DNA from: Lama guanicoe
Taxonomy: Eukaryota
Length of the DNA: 64,000 nt
Reading direction: 5' to 3'
Assembly: GCA_013239625.1 (NCBI GenBank)
Contig: MU053881.1
Coordinates: 10,344,873-10,408,872 of the forward strand
Shown: piece after piece, positions 52,872-64,000 of the stretch
How the letters are laid out: the number at the start of each line of letters is the position of its first letter
Position numbering within the stretch: the first letter of the stretch is position 1
Notes under the pieces: generated by a model
The model's input: only the letters and a program-made list of their open reading frames with translations
Databases searched by the model: none
Told to the model about the DNA's origin: nothing
Position numbers and translations under genes: made by a program

Positions 52872-53376
52872 AGTTGTGGTATATTTATACAATGGAATAC
52901 TACTCAGCCATAAAAAGAATAAAATAATGCCATTTGCAGCAACATAGATGGACCTGGAGATCATCATCCTAAGTAAAGTAAGCCAGAAAGAGAAAGAAAA
53001 ATACCATACGATATCACTCATATGTGGAATCTGAAAAAAAAAAGAAAAAGTAAAAAAAGGACACTAATGAACTCATCCACAAAACAGAAAGACTTGTAGT
53101 CATTGTAAACAACCTTATGGTTACTGGGGGAAAGGGGATGGGAAGGGATAAATCTGAGAGTTCGAGATTTGCAAATGTTAACCATTATATATAAAAATAA
53201 TAAAGAAAAATTTCTTCTGTATAGCACAAGGAACTATATTTAATATATTGTAATAACCTTTAATGAAAAAGAATATGAAAATGAATATATGTATGTATAT
53301 GCATGACTGGGACACTGCTGTATGCTGGAAACTGACACATTGTAACTGACTATACTTCAATTAAAAAAATAAAAAA
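52872..53376 (+). mobile_element. 5'-truncated young L1 3' end, same family as 44912-45843
   Basis: aatggaatactactcagccataaaaaagaataaaataatgcc...gtaactgactatacttcaattaaaaaaa; TSD agaaaatgcctctga (52857-52871) and agaaaagggctctga (53377-53391). Confidence 0.95.
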
Positions 53377-53465
53377 AGAAAAGGGCTCTGATTTTTGCCT
53401 TATTTTTAATTAGAAAATTAATTTTAAGTGATGCAATCTTTACAGGAATCTAACCATTGAGTGAC

Positions 53466-53505
53466 ATATATATATATATATATATACACACACATACACA
53501 CATAC
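53466..53505. repeat. (TA)n(CA)n microsatellite
   Basis: Seen directly. Confidence 0.9.
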
Positions 53506-53699
53506 AACTTCTAAACCACTCTATTGATGTTTTATCAAAGCAACTTTATGCCACCTAAAAATTTCACAAATATTATATTCATAAAGATGACAAGAAGACA
53601 CTCTCCTAGTGTCTTTCAAACACTTCTCACAAAACAGAGCCCATCTCCTGAGCATGGTATGTAAGCCTCTGTGCCCCCCTGCAGGGCTACTGACTCTGC

Positions 53700-54234
53700 A
53701 CCTACCACTTCTTCGCCATCCCAGCTGGTACATGCCCATACATCCTCACCGTCTGATACTTGGTCCCCTGAGTGGGGGCTAGACTGGCCAGCATCTCACT
53801 TCCAGTGAGGAGGATACAGGAAAAGTCCTGGGCTGCCGCCCCCAAGGCTGCAAGTGACTCTGACTTCCGTGTGCACAGCCCTCTTCTTGCTCGCTCACTC
53901 TGAGGGCAACCAGCTGCCAGGCTGTGTTCCACACTGTGTGGAGCCCCCCCCCCCGGTGGGGAGGAATGCAGGGAAGCCTCCGGCTGACTAGGACCCAAGA
54001 CCTGCCAGCAGTCACATGAGAGGCTCGGAAGCACATCTTCCTCCAGGTAAGCCTTGCCCTGACTGCAGCCTCAATGGCAGGTCCACTGAAGCCGTGTGAC
54101 ATCCCGGAGCCCAAGGTCCCCAGCTAAGCTGCATCAAGGTTCCCGACCATCAGAAACTGTGAGAGAAAATACCCCAGTCGTTTAAGCCTCCAGGTTTTGA
54201 GGTGATTTGTTAAGTAGAAATACATAACAAACAC
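53700..54234 (+). mobile_element. MaLR solo LTR (MLT1F-like)
   Basis: gctcactctgagggcaaccagctgcca...cccagctaagctgc...cagaaactgtgaga...gtgatttgtta...ataacaaacaca. Confidence 0.8.
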
Positions 54235-55719
54235 AGTTGCTAACAGAAATAGGTCATTAATGGAGCTGCTTCTCTTTGGGCCAAATGTGTTTTACCCTAA
54301 GATCATGTCTTTCTTAGGTTTTCAGTGTTAAAAATGACCTACATTGTATGATGTGATCATGATAATATATTCTTTTTTCCTAAGTATATAGTTAGCAAAA
54401 TAAGTCTATTTGAGTCCCACGGAAAAAAACTTTTTTACGAGTTTTCTGATTAATGAAACACACAAGTTGAAAAACTTGGGCTCCAAACAGTTTCCATATA
54501 ATTTACATTCTTCTGTTACCACTATTTCGTGTAAAATAGTATAAATGTGTATTTGCACCTGTGTTATCTAAATAAACGGTGAATTTATGAAGTATAAGGA
54601 CTGTGTGTTACTCGTGTGCATCTGCACCACGTGTGGTATCCGGTGCAGACTGCACATTCCACAGCTGTTTCTTGAATGAGTGAATGAATGTAAGTATGAA
54701 TTAATAAAAACATTAATTATATTATATACCTTAGCAGTTCTCTTGCAATATCCTGGCTTCATAACTTTTATTGCTATAGTGTGAAAATTCTAGATATAAC
54801 AGAAAACATTTATGATATCCTCTAGATAACTTTTAATATTTGGTTTCTTTTAACTAGAAAGTTCAATTAATCAGAAAGCCCATTCTCTTTTCCAAATCAC
54901 AGTTCTTTTCATGCTGAGAGTCTACATATAACTCAGTTGAATATTGATTCAAATTTATATTTTTTCTTCCATTTCTATCATTATGAAAACATAGGATGTG
55001 TAAAATACTTATATACCGGGTCACTGGTGATAACAATTATGAGTGTAATTAGAAATAAAAACTGCTAAAACACATAATTTTTAGGTTTATACATGATGAG
55101 GCAGGCAAAGATTCAGGAAAATACACACATAGTTTCATGCACGATCAACTTTCTGCAATACAAGACATATAAAAATTAGTTTTAAGAAACTGAGAACTAT
55201 TGTATTAAGATAATATCCTACAAAATGACAAAAAGGGGGAAAAAAAAGACTGGCTTTGTGGTACATGGAAAAAATGTGGAAAATCTTTAGTATTTTCGAC
55301 TGCCTTAGAGTCACTGGCATCCCAACCGAATCAAATGAACTGCATCCACATCTTCCCTGACGGAGGACAATGGCTGAACAGCTGATTGTCAGTGAGAACC
55401 TCCTGCAAGAATGCACCATCACCAAGTAGAAATCTTGTCCCTGACATGTCAAAAGCGCATTGTAGCACAGCTACGTGAGTATGTAGCACTTAGAGTTTTA
55501 AAGGGACACACTACCGTGAAACTAAAAGTGACAATGAGATGACTTCAGTAAGAAATAAATGTAAGTGAAGTTCCTCTCAACAAGCGTAGAGGTGCTACTG
55601 TAGATAGATTACACAGAATAGGGAGGACATTGTAAAGTGGATGCCAGGTTATTACCCGCCTTCCCACTGTCAGTGTTTGGTGAATAAGCTGCTGTATGAT
55701 ATTGATACGCGGCCAAAAA

Positions 55720-56264
55720 ATGGTTAAGCCAACTGCGGAAAGCTGATTCTTACCTGACTTCTGGAATTCATGGCCCAGTGAAGTCATCTCTTCTTGAACA
55801 TGGGCCAGGCTACTTAACTTGTTTCTAACCAACGGAACATGCAAAATGTGATGGGATATCCCTTCCAAGATCAACTTAAAAAAAGACTGTAACTTCCATC
55901 TTGCTCATTCTCTCTCTCCCTTCCTCCTTCCCGCTTGCTGGTCTACTGTGATGAAGCCAGATGCCATATGGAGAGGCCAGCATGTTAAGGAACTGAGGAC
56001 AGCCTCCAGGCAATAGCCAGTGAGGAACTTGCCCCACAGTTCAACATCCCTTGAGAAACTGAATCATGCAGACAAGCACGTAGTGAGTTTGGAAATAGAT
56101 CCTTCCCCATTTGAGCCTTGAGATGAGACCTTTGAGAGATTCTGCAACAGAGGACCAGCTAAGCTCTGTCCATATTCCACACCTACAGAAACTGTGAGAT
56201 GATGTGTTACTGTAAGCTGATGAGATTTGGGGTAATTTGTTACACTGTAATGAATAACGAGTGT
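55720..56264 (+). mobile_element. MaLR solo LTR (MLT1E/F-like)
   Basis: aaggaactgaggacagcctccaggcaatagccagtgaggaact...cagaaactgtgagat...ggggtaatttgttac. Confidence 0.85.
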
Positions 56265-56780
56265 ACTTCTCAATGCCACATAAAGTTTGGCAATGCTAAG
56301 GAGATTTTTATTATAGCTATGTTAAGAAAAACTTTTCTGTGATTAAATTTTTCCAACAAATCTTAAATATCTCTAATATTAGGAGAAGTCACAAAGGGAC
56401 AGAGAAAATGTTGAAGTTTAGTTTAATATTAAATTTGAGATTTGGAAACAATTTGGTCAAAGGAAGCAGGGACTAAGATAGGATCAGGGAAATCATTTCA
56501 AATAAACATGAGATAGAGGAACGCTAGACCAGTGTTGAGGAGAAAGTCTGATGTGGGCTGATCCTGGATGTGCAGGGGTGTGGTATGGATGGATACAAAG
56601 TGAGAGAAGTGGCTGGCTTATATTGATGTGCCAGGGGGAGCAGTGAGGAGGATACTGGGTGTTCCTGAGAAAAGTCCAGAACTCACAGGGTCTCCAGCTC
56701 AGCAGGTGTCCCTTGTGCCATCCAGGTGTTGCATTTTCTTGATCCTATAATGCTCATTTCTTTAGTTTCTAAAGTCATGG

Positions 56781-57240
56781 TGTATATCAGTGTTATTTTT
56801 TCATTTGCAAGTAACAAAAACCAACACAGTCCTATGTAAGCAAAAAAAATTATTGGAATTGTAGATTTTAAGATACAAGTTGAATATCTAGGCCTTGAAA
56901 AGGACAGTCTGGAGGATCTAACGCAAGAACGGACACCTATCCATTGTTTTTGTCTGTGTCATTCTACCCAATATTTAAATTATAGGGAGAAGAAGTTCAA
57001 TTGGATTAACTTGATTTGTACGCTTATCTCTGACTTTACTGCTGTGGACAGTGGCGGGGGGGGTCCTTATTTAGTCAAGTGGGTCATGTCCCCCTTTGGG
57101 ACAACAGTTCGGCCCCAATGAACTACACAAACTGAGATGGAAAAGGAGCAGTTACGTGAAGGGAAATGAGGGTGCTTTAAAAAAAAAATAAAGGAGGACA
57201 CAGGCTGCTGCACACATTAAAATAGCATGCATCCACTACA
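56781..57240 (-). mobile_element. Old MaLR LTR (MLT1K/L-like)
   Basis: tttgcaagtaacaaaaaccaac...gaagggaaatgagggtgct...catccactaca. Confidence 0.6.
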
Positions 57241-59289
57241 GAAGCCACCCTGCAATCAGCAGAGCTGTCTCAGAATCAAAGTAACGTCATTCCTTTAACT
57301 GGCATCACTTTTAACAGGCTTGATGCATGTACTGACTGGTGCCTTAGAGGCACCATCTGACACTTGAAATACATTTGATGCTGGGTATAGAAGAAATTGC
57401 CTTTCCAGTCAAGGTGTGCTCCACAGCTGCAACTTCGTATCCCCTTTAAGCTGCAAAGAAAAATTCAACTGGCCCTTCAGAGGAGGCTGCCCCAGGGCGA
57501 GAACTGTAGCAATTCATCCCACCTGCCGCTTCCTGACATGGAAGACGAGAGATGTTCAGCGATGCTACGAATTTATAAAGAACTTCAAGCAGTTGCCCGC
57601 TTCTTAGCTGCTATTTCCATTGATAATTACCAACCTGTTTATTACCCCGTTTACGTGTGATCGAACGAGCCATCATGCAGTTAAACAGCTTACCCAAAGT
57701 TATACGATATACGGCACAGTTGAAATCAGAAAACAGATTTCTGAGATCCTGTCAAATGCTCATTTCACTACCACTGCTACCTAATTTTCGATGCCTCATC
57801 ACTACTTGACAGCGTGTTGTCATACATTTAGTTGACATGAAGCTCAAAGGGGCAACCACCATACTGGATTAGTGAATCAGAATCCAGAAAAGCCATATGA
57901 AACTGGAATGCTGAGCCAAGTCACGAATCCAACCAGGATAAATGCCAAGTTGTGTCCAAAGGAGTCCTGGGTAAGTAAAGGTAGGCTGAAATCTAACTTA
58001 ACAGCAAATAGGAAAAAAGACCTAAATTTTAGGGAAATATAATAAATATGGGGACAAAAATGCAACCTAATTACCAACAACATAAATCTACTCTTGGAAT
58101 GTATTAAGAGATTTATGTGTTGAGGTTCCTGCCTGTCCTAAGTTCATCAAACCAGATTCATAAAAATTAATACACAATTTATTTTTGAATACTTGGTCTC
58201 CCCTGAGTCCCTTTCCAAAGTGGTCCAGACAAGAAAGGAAAGTGAAACATCCTCTCTTGGTTTTCCAAAAGCTTAAAATAAGTCTTGAACAACCCAATGG
58301 TTGCTTCTGTATCCTCCATTTCTAACATGGTTACCTCCTACAGAAATTTGTTTTCTCAAACTCCAGGAAACTTCAAGTTGCCCCTCCGTGTTGTAGACAT
58401 TTGGAGGACTGCCCATCCTGGTCTAGAGCCACCTGCTTCGTCCTGAAATTGTCTGATCCTGATCTAGGCATAAGCTTCCCAGCGTGATGCTAAGTAACAT
58501 CACTCCACGTCCCTATGCTCTTTGCTCCAACTGGTTAGATGGGGGAGAATGCGTGCCCTAAACTGAGTTGGGACCAGTGGCTTCTCTCTTCTTAGACTTG
58601 GAATTGTAATTAAGGACAGGTGGCAAGTGTGAGAAAACCAGAAAGAAAACACGTAACACTGATAGCCAGGCATGTTGCATAAGCCAGTCTGCAGAGAGAA
58701 GAAAAGGACAGAGGAAATGCAGAAGTACAGAGAGGAAACAAGAAATAAGATGAGCACTGAGAAAGAGAGAGAACGAAAAAGGGGGAAAAAATGAATGAAC
58801 ATGAATGTGGATGTTTTAAAGCCCTGCACACACTTGTACTAATTCTCTTTTGAAGGCTGGCTACATTCCTAAGCTTCATTTCCATGAGACACTTCTAAAT
58901 TGTCGTAGTTTCTATAATACAAAATCCCTGTTTGACTTTAGCAAAATACCTACCAACAGCCCAAACTTTTAAGGAACTTCACAGACCTTTCAAGCCCAAA
59001 GCACCAGCCAAAGCTCACAATCCATAAATTCCTCCCACTCTCTGATTTTATAGTTTCTTCCCACTTCCCTCTAACATGGAAACAGCATTTGTCACAGGCA
59101 GTGTTGCTAAAGACTTCGCCGCATTAGCCACAGCCACAGGTGTAGGCAAGAGCTGAAATGATAACTCAAAACACTGTCCTGTCAGCAACTGCAGAAGCCC
59201 CTCGGCATTATCAGCTTAGAAGAGGTAAATAATCTGTCTGCAAAGTATGTTTAAAAAAAAAACAAACACTTAACTTAACGTTTTATGTA

Positions 59290-59497
59290 AGAGGACTTTT
59301 TCTTAACACAAGACCATTAACATTAGACGGGTTCTTCTGAAAGGTAGTGAGTTCCCTGAAACTGGAAGTATTCCAACAATATCTAGATGCCTTCTTAGCA
59401 GAGTGTTGGTAGGAAAAACTCTTCACGCATCAAATAAAATGAGTGGTTATATTAGCTTACCTCTCAATTCGCTGCCAATTCTAAGATGCTGTGATTT
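59290..59497 (+). mobile_element. CR1/L3 LINE 3' end
   Basis: ggtagtgagttccctgaaactggaagtattc...ccaattctaagatgctgtgatt. Confidence 0.7.
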
Positions 59498-60296
59498 GTC
59501 AAGCTACCCTGAATGCCCCTAGGACACACTGTAAAATGTAATGTTCATCTCTACGTGGCTAGGAACATCTTGTTTAAATCGCAGTATGTAGTACTAGGCA
59601 AACCCTTCTGATGGACAGGCATTCTGAAAATATTCAAGGCAGTAATATTTACCAACTGTATGCCCTGATCCCCAAACGAAGGAGAAATGTCATTTATAAT
59701 GACATTTAAAGGTAGACTTTTGTTTAAGATCAGCTGTGTAGGACAAGAGAAAGAGGGGCAAGGTGGCTCAAACACGTGCTCAGGTCTGATGACATCATTT
59801 CTGAACTGTGCCTTCGGCTGAATCATCAAGCCTGACATACTGTGATCTCACTCTTCCAGGGCGCTTTACAGTCACATGTTTTGCTATGGTTGCCAAGGTC
59901 ACAAATTAAGCTCATCAGAAGCTTAAAGTTTTTAAAGTGCCTTGTTCTTCCTCTTCAAAAAAAGTGTTTACTTTCTAATCCAGACATCCTCAGATGAGTT
60001 CTTTTTTTTTTTCTTTTAAATTAATTTACAATGCAGTTACTGCTATTAGGACACATTACAACAACAACAAGAAAAGATGAAGCCAGTTAAAACACAGAAA
60101 CAATCACTGAATCGCATTCAGCCTGATGCTCTGATAGTCCGAGTATTCTTCTATTCCAGACAACGGTGAGAGCGACAGCCAGGAGGGTAATCGCGTTGTG
60201 TTTCCCCCGGTTCCTTCCCTCCAAATACCCAGCGCAAATGTGATCCCAAGAATCCCATCTTCTCCTTCTTCTTTATATTATTTAAGAGTATCCACA

Positions 60297-60672
60297 GGTA
60301 GTGGGCCCAGTGGGTGGCTCCCACAAACCTGTCCAGGTCCTAATCCTTGGAAACTGCGATACTACCCTACACAGGAAAGTAGTAACTATAGCAAAAGATG
60401 TATATGGTATTATCTTGAGAGGAGAGGATTATCCTGAGTTTTCCAGGTGGTCCTAAATGCCATCACAAGTGTCCTTGTAAGAGAGAGGCAGGGGGAGATT
60501 GGACAGACATACAGAAGAGGAACAGACAGTCTGAAGATGGAGGCCGAGATTGGAGTGATGTGGCCCCAAGCCAGGGAACATTAGCAACCGCCAGAGCTGG
60601 AAGTGAGAAGAAATGGAATCTCCTTTGAGTCTCTGGGGGAACAAGGTCCTTCTGACATCCTGCTTTCTGACT
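60297..60672 (+). mobile_element. MaLR LTR (MLT1C/D-like), 3' part missing
   Basis: gattatcctgagttttccaggtggtcctaaatgccatcacaagtgtccttgtaagagagaggcag...gagattggagtgatgtggcc. Confidence 0.85.
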
Positions 60673-60754
60673 CTTGTTGATTAAATGTTTATCTGTTTTC
60701 TATATCTGACCTTGAGTTAGGATGCAACACTCCTAAATCAATCATCTGATATTT

Positions 60755-62815
60755 TAAAAGAAATGTCCTGAATAGATAATTCATCAAAAGAGATATCAAA
60801 AAGGTTCTCTAAACATATGAAAGGATATTCATCTTCATCCTGATAACGGAAGCATAATTAAAACTGCTCTGAGATATCATTTTTAAATTATCAGGTTGGC
60901 AGAAATTCAAAAACTTGACAGTGGCCGCTCTGTTAGAGAGCCTGTGAAGATACAGGCTCTCTCTGACATCACTGGTGGGAATGTAAAATGGTACAGCCTT
61001 CATGGAGGGGAATCTGAGAATATTTTATCAAACTACACTGCTGTTGCCCTTCAATCCAGCGAACCTACTTCCAGGAATGTACCCTGAAGATGTACCTCCA
61101 AAAAAATTTAAAATGCAGTAATAATATGCCAATGAATAAGGCTATTCATTGAAGCACTGTTTGTAATTGCAAAATATTGGAAACTACTTAAGTCTGCAAG
61201 CAGAAGAAAGTGAGTGAATTTAGCAGAACACTATGCTACTGTAAAAAAAAATGAGGACTCTATTAACAAGACATACTGTTAAGTCAAACTGCAGAGTGTA
61301 AAATAACACACATGTAATGCTATATAGTGTATAAAAAAGAAAATAAGAAAATATACATATACTTGCTTATCGCTACCAAACAAAAAAATATTAACACAAG
61401 ACGCATAAACCAGAAAAGATAAAGTGATTTAACTACACTGGGTGAGGCAGAGGGAGGGAAAGGAGAAAGACTGATATTTCTTGGAGTATACCTTTATGTA
61501 TATAGTTTTGACTTCTATGTATGTTAATATCCTACGTATTTTTAAATTAGATTAGATTTTAAAAAAGATTAAAATTAATAAGAATGAGAAGGGAAAAAAA
61601 GTGCAAGCAACCTGAAAAACATGAGCCTAACCATGTTTCAAGTGAATACCCTAACTGTTAGAGCAAGCAGATTGTCAGAAATGAGCGGGGGTGGGGGGCA
61701 CAGGCCAAATGGCAGAAAACCACACATCATGTGAACAACAGGGGTCCTTCGGCAGAAAGACAAAAGCAGGAACCTGATGTATGTTAATATCCTAAATATT
61801 TAAAATATATTGATTAAATTAATAAGAATGAGAAGCGGAAAAAAAGGGCAAGCAATCTGAAACAAATGAGCCTAATCACGTTTCAAGGGACTACCGTAAC
61901 TGCATTGAAAAGATAAATAAGAAAGAACTAATCTACGTCCTTGTGAACAGAGAGCTCCTCTTGGACAGAGTGGGCTGCAGGGTGGAATGGCAGAATGGCC
62001 AGCAAATCCTAAATTCTTTTTATCAGTTTTGTTTCTAATAACTCTATGGGCAAGGAAGGAAGAGAAGAAAAGTAAGAGGAAAAAAAAATACAAAAATTAT
62101 GCAACAGACAAAGGTGAAACAGGCAACACTTTGACTAGATGTTCAAATATACACCTTCAATGAGGACAAATGGACATTGTGTGGCCCCAGACAAAGGACA
62201 GGATACCTACGATGCACATCCCGCTTAGAATGCATAAGCCAAGCTAGTCAACAAGCAAATGACACACCAACACACAACGAGAAATATTCTAGTTTTGAAA
62301 AGGTGGGAGGATATTTTGTTTTTAAATGTCAATGTCATTAAAAACAAAGAAAGGATATGTAAGCGATTCAGATTAAAAGAAGCTGAAAAGATCTGACAAG
62401 TAAATATAATACCAAAGCATAAACTAGATCTTGTACTGGTAGAGAAAAAAATTGCTCTAAATGGTATCAGTGGATCATCGACCAAACGAAGGTAGATGGT
62501 AGTTTACATAAAGGTATTGCATATGTGTAAATTTACGAAGTTGACAACAGCAATGTGGTTATGTAAGAGAACAGCCCTATTTGGCAATCCTGTGCTAAAG
62601 AATTTGAGTAAAGACCACGACACATGAAACTGACCTTCAAATGGTATAGAAAAAAATTATATTTATACACATATATCAAGAGGGTACGAGACAGAGAGAG
62701 AACATAAATGATAAAACAAATGAAATAAAATATTAGGAGTGGGCGAATTTAGATGAAAGTTTACAGATATTCTTTGTACCATTTTGGTAATATTTCATAC
62801 GTTTAAAATGACCCT
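60755..62815 (+). mobile_element. Old L1 (L1MC-like) ORF2 end and long 3' UTR, containing an internal duplication
   Basis: aaacatatgaaaggatattcatc...ctggtgggaatgtaaaatggtacagcc...cagattaaaagaagctgaaaag...tgtggttatgtaagagaa. Confidence 0.8.
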
Positions 62816-64000
62816 GAGCTAAAAGGAAATCCAAAACATACCCCAAACCAGAAATTATCTGATTCTTGAAATTGCTCAGTGCCAAAATAAAACGTTGTTT
62901 CTACTTAACATCTCTTATAATCGAGATGCACCTGCCCGTGATGCCCTCCTGCCCTCTGATACACGCCCACAGACACCACCACGAGCTTCAAAGAGCTTCC
63001 AACCTAATTGAAGTACTGAAAAAAGTGTCACTTACTAAAATGCACAACTTAGGGTCTCAAATAAATGCTAAGCGAAAGGCATATGTCATAGCTACCACAG
63101 ACATTTGTTCCTTATGCAATTGAAGTTCTACTTTTTATAATTCCTGCTCTTTCTTCTTTACCCAAGTGAGTCGGTGATAAAATGATTACCTTTTGCTAAA
63201 TAACCTCACATTTACTTGAAAACCCATTGAAATATCCTGTCTCTTTTTTTTCCCCTCCAGCTTAAGGAACTCTGCTTCCTCAAATCTGTTGATCCTGCTC
63301 ATACTAATTCCCTCCTTCAGGAGCATTATATGCTGGTCGGCTGCCCTTTACATAAGCCTGAAGCCAACGGAAGAGACTTTACCAGCAGCCTTCTGTGTCT
63401 AAGTGTTAGAACTTCCGTTATGGGCTTCACATCATAAATCTGGCGTTCAGTTGATTAGATTTTTCATCAATTTTCCCCAATATCAAAAAGAAGCTTTTTC
63501 TCCTCCCCAGTGGAGCAGAAAACTTGGTGATACAAGCTGATGAAAATTTATTTACCTACTGATTATGCTTCTATGCTCAACAGGGAGATTCTTGTTATAT
63601 CCATCACTGTAAGGTTTTCAGGACTTCCCTCCCTCCGGCACATGGAAAACTTTCAGTCAAACTAAAATTTCACCCCAAAAGTCTTTGAGCATAAAATGTG
63701 ATTACATTCATTTCCTCTATTCATAAAATGGAATAATTTTAAAACGTAGTTTTTGTTGTCATTTGCATACCATGGTTTGTTTTTGTTAATTAGGATCATA
63801 GGGGAAAAAAAACACAGTATCTTGAAAGCTTGTTTAAGAAGCATGTCTGATGTTAGGAAAGAAACTGATGATCTTTTGAAACGAATGCATAAGCACTATT
63901 GAGCAATCCAAAAGGAGTCTGAATCCCGTCCATTACAGCCCCACCAAGGTTGTAAATGTGAAGTTCAAAAATCCTACAGTAAGTTGACAATAGTTCAAAT

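Noticed and set aside
55309..55474. Plus-strand exon-like segment (ccttag|…|gtgagt)
   Set aside because: Stops in all three frames; a non-coding exon cannot be supported from sequence alone
1..64000. Prokaryote-style systems (CRISPR, operons, defence islands) or a novel multi-gene system
   Set aside because: The sequence is mammalian and repeat-rich; there is no repeat-spacer array or gene cluster, and all non-L1 ORFs are short and unrecognisable

Overview
This is mammalian, repeat-rich, AT-rich intronic or intergenic DNA, most likely camelid, inferred from a tRNA-derived SINE of the camelid Vic-1 type at about 37856 and young L1 copies with cetartiodactyl-like ends. I found no recognisable intact protein-coding gene, RNA gene, CRISPR array or prokaryote-type system. 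The only recognisable protein-like ORFs are L1 ORF1p/ORF2p remnants; the rest look like chance frames. Much of the window is transposon fossils: L1 of several ages, L2, MIR, CR1/L3, MaLR/ERVL LTRs, and Tigger/MER DNA transposons. The most notable structures are: (i) a young L1 that keeps its CpG-rich 5' UTR but is truncated at the 3' side inside ORF1, with two oppositely oriented YY1 motifs and a degenerate ~60-bp internal repeat; (ii) an ancient 5'-inverted (twin-primed) L1; (iii) a near-perfect 140-bp tandem duplication; (iv) an older duplication bracketing an unrelated LTR-like fragment; (v) a ~130-nt A tract; (vi) several repeat-free blocks dense in transcription-factor motifs that may be enhancers; (vii) weak hints of minus-strand exons. 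Repeat family names come from my recall of consensus sequences, not from a database search. Boundaries of old repeats are approximate.
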